Of a DNA stretch of 64,000 nucleotides, positions 62,611 through 64,000 are shown piece after piece (positions within the stretch are counted from its first letter, which is position 1; every line of letters starts with the position of its first letter). Origin of the DNA: Malacoraja senta. Taxonomy: Eukaryota. The DNA lies in NCBI GenBank assembly GCA_038087875.1, contig CM075983.1, positions 22,816,001 to 22,880,000 on the forward strand, read 5' to 3'. The position numbers and the translations under genes are program-made. The notes under the pieces are model-generated. The model searched no databases and had not been told where the DNA came from. It saw nothing but the letters and a program-made list of their open reading frames with translations.

Positions 62611-63190
62611 CATACTGAAGCAACAGTGCATAATGTTAATCATGTACAATTCTGTGGAATCTTTTTTATTTATTCCCGGAAATAAAAATTGATTTAGTCA
62701 CTTGCATGAAAACTTAGACAATACTCCCAGTTATATTCATAATTCGTTAATACATTTTAATCACATTCTATGTACTTTAGATCAATATCACCCCATACAT
62801 GTCAAAGGTGTATTATGACAAAGTTACAGGGAAAGCGCAGAGCCTTAAATTTTCATTTCAAAAGTATACATCTGTCAATGGAATGTTGTAAGGGCATGTT
62901 TCAGGTTTAACAGTGTTACCTGGAAATTGGTTCCATGGATGAAGAAAAAAGCAGATAACTTGATGATCAAGTATCTCATTGTTGACTCACCCTGGAATTT
63001 CCCAACCACACACACACTTGTATACCTCATCCATCAGACTGCTGGGACTCATGGAGCCAAGGGGCATTGACAGGTCAGGTTTATTGGTTTACATGTTATT
63101 GTAGAAAAATAGTGGTTTGATGGTTACTTTATAATTGTCTGAGGGAGTGAATTAATTTGCAAGCCAGAATGGGAGTACTTTGAGGAAAGG

Positions 63191-63356
63191 TAGACACAAA
63201 ATGCTGTAGTAACTCAGTGGGACAGACAGCATCTCAGGAGAGAAGGAATGGGTGACGTTTCAGGTCGAGACCCTTCTTCAGACTGTCCCGCTGAGTTACT
63301 CCAGCATTTTGTGACTACCTTTGATTTAAACCAGCATCTGCAGTTCTTTCCAACAC
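63191..63356. mobile_element. Penelope-type pLTR-derived repeat with inverted halves and a 16-bp flanking direct repeat; related copies at about 2085-2205, 29170-29270, 33660-33820, 41665-41825, 43120-43220, 45785-46020, 50095-50228, 55550-55660 and 61875-62010
   Basis: Direct repeat gtactttgaggaaagg at 63175-63190 and 63357-63372. Contains ctgaagaagggtctcgacctgaaacgtc on the - strand and gctgagttactccagca blocks in both orientations. Confidence 0.65.
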
Positions 63357-64000
63357 GTACTTTGAGGAAAGGCAGTTCTCCCAAGAAGGGCAGTTCTAGT
63401 GTTCAACATGAAGGTAACAATGCACAGGCATTAGTGCGGATGGAAATTGATGCCATGTCACTTGATGAAGAAATTGTAACTGGAAATGGAAGAGAGGTAG
63501 ACGAGAGAATGTGACAACTCCCTGAGTGGAGGTGAGAAAACACATGATCAATTGTGCAATTGGTTCCTTGGACACTGAGAGATGGCTGTGTGTTAAAGAA
63601 CCCAGGGCTGTGGTGATACTGTGGTGACAATAAACGAGAAGTGATAACTCCATAAATTAGATTGGGTAATAAGAGACGGAAAGAGAACACCTTCTTTGAT
63701 GGGATTGGATTTGGAGTGCATCCTTTTGAGGTATCTGCTGGTAAGAGCTGTGCACATGTCCATTTTGCTGGAGAAGCAGGAATTGCAAAATATTGCACTG
63801 TGAAGGCAACAAAGAACAAGAGAAGAAGGAATCCATTACAGGTCTATCAACGGTGGACGCCATAATGTTGAGAAACAAATAAACAAATCAAAGCATCAGA
63901 GTGTAGACACAAGGAACGTAGTTAAGTTTAGTTTAGAGGGACAGCATGGAAACAGGCCCTTTGGTCCAACATGTGCACGCCGACCATTGATCACTTAGTC

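Noticed and set aside
63373-63878. Overlapping 67-138-aa ORFs near the window end as the next gene (for example SYTL4)
   Set aside because: No C2, Rab-binding or other motif and no convincing splice sites; more likely decayed repeat sequence.

Overview
Vertebrate genomic DNA; the repeat landscape (CR1 LINEs, tRNA-derived SINEs, Penelope-type repeats) suggests a cartilaginous fish such as a skate or ray (inference). Three spliced genes can be built by hand. (1) The 3' exons of SRPX2 (+), present twice because of a near-identical ~10.4-kb tandem duplication with its junction at 6799/6800. (2) A 9-exon, 865-aa gene on the - strand (29852->17389) encoding three tandem SatP/Gpr1/Fun34/YaaH (AceTr)-like membrane repeats fused to a C-terminal YrdC/Sua5 (TsaC-fold) domain with altered motifs. 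(3) Head-to-head with it, a 4-exon, 225-aa ES1/ElbB/GATD3-family (DJ-1/PfpI superfamily) gene (34384->41250) with no mitochondrial presequence. Genes 2 and 3 form a candidate channel-enzyme plus enzyme pair and are the most interesting signal. From 41.5 kb onward I found no host exons, only mobile elements: a composite non-autonomous Helitron with a 36-bp minisatellite, a near-intact Tc1 with one premature stop, a TIR element nested in a Rex/Babar LINE end, and CR1, Tx1 and Penelope-type relics. All family assignments come from motif recognition by eye and memory; no searches were run.
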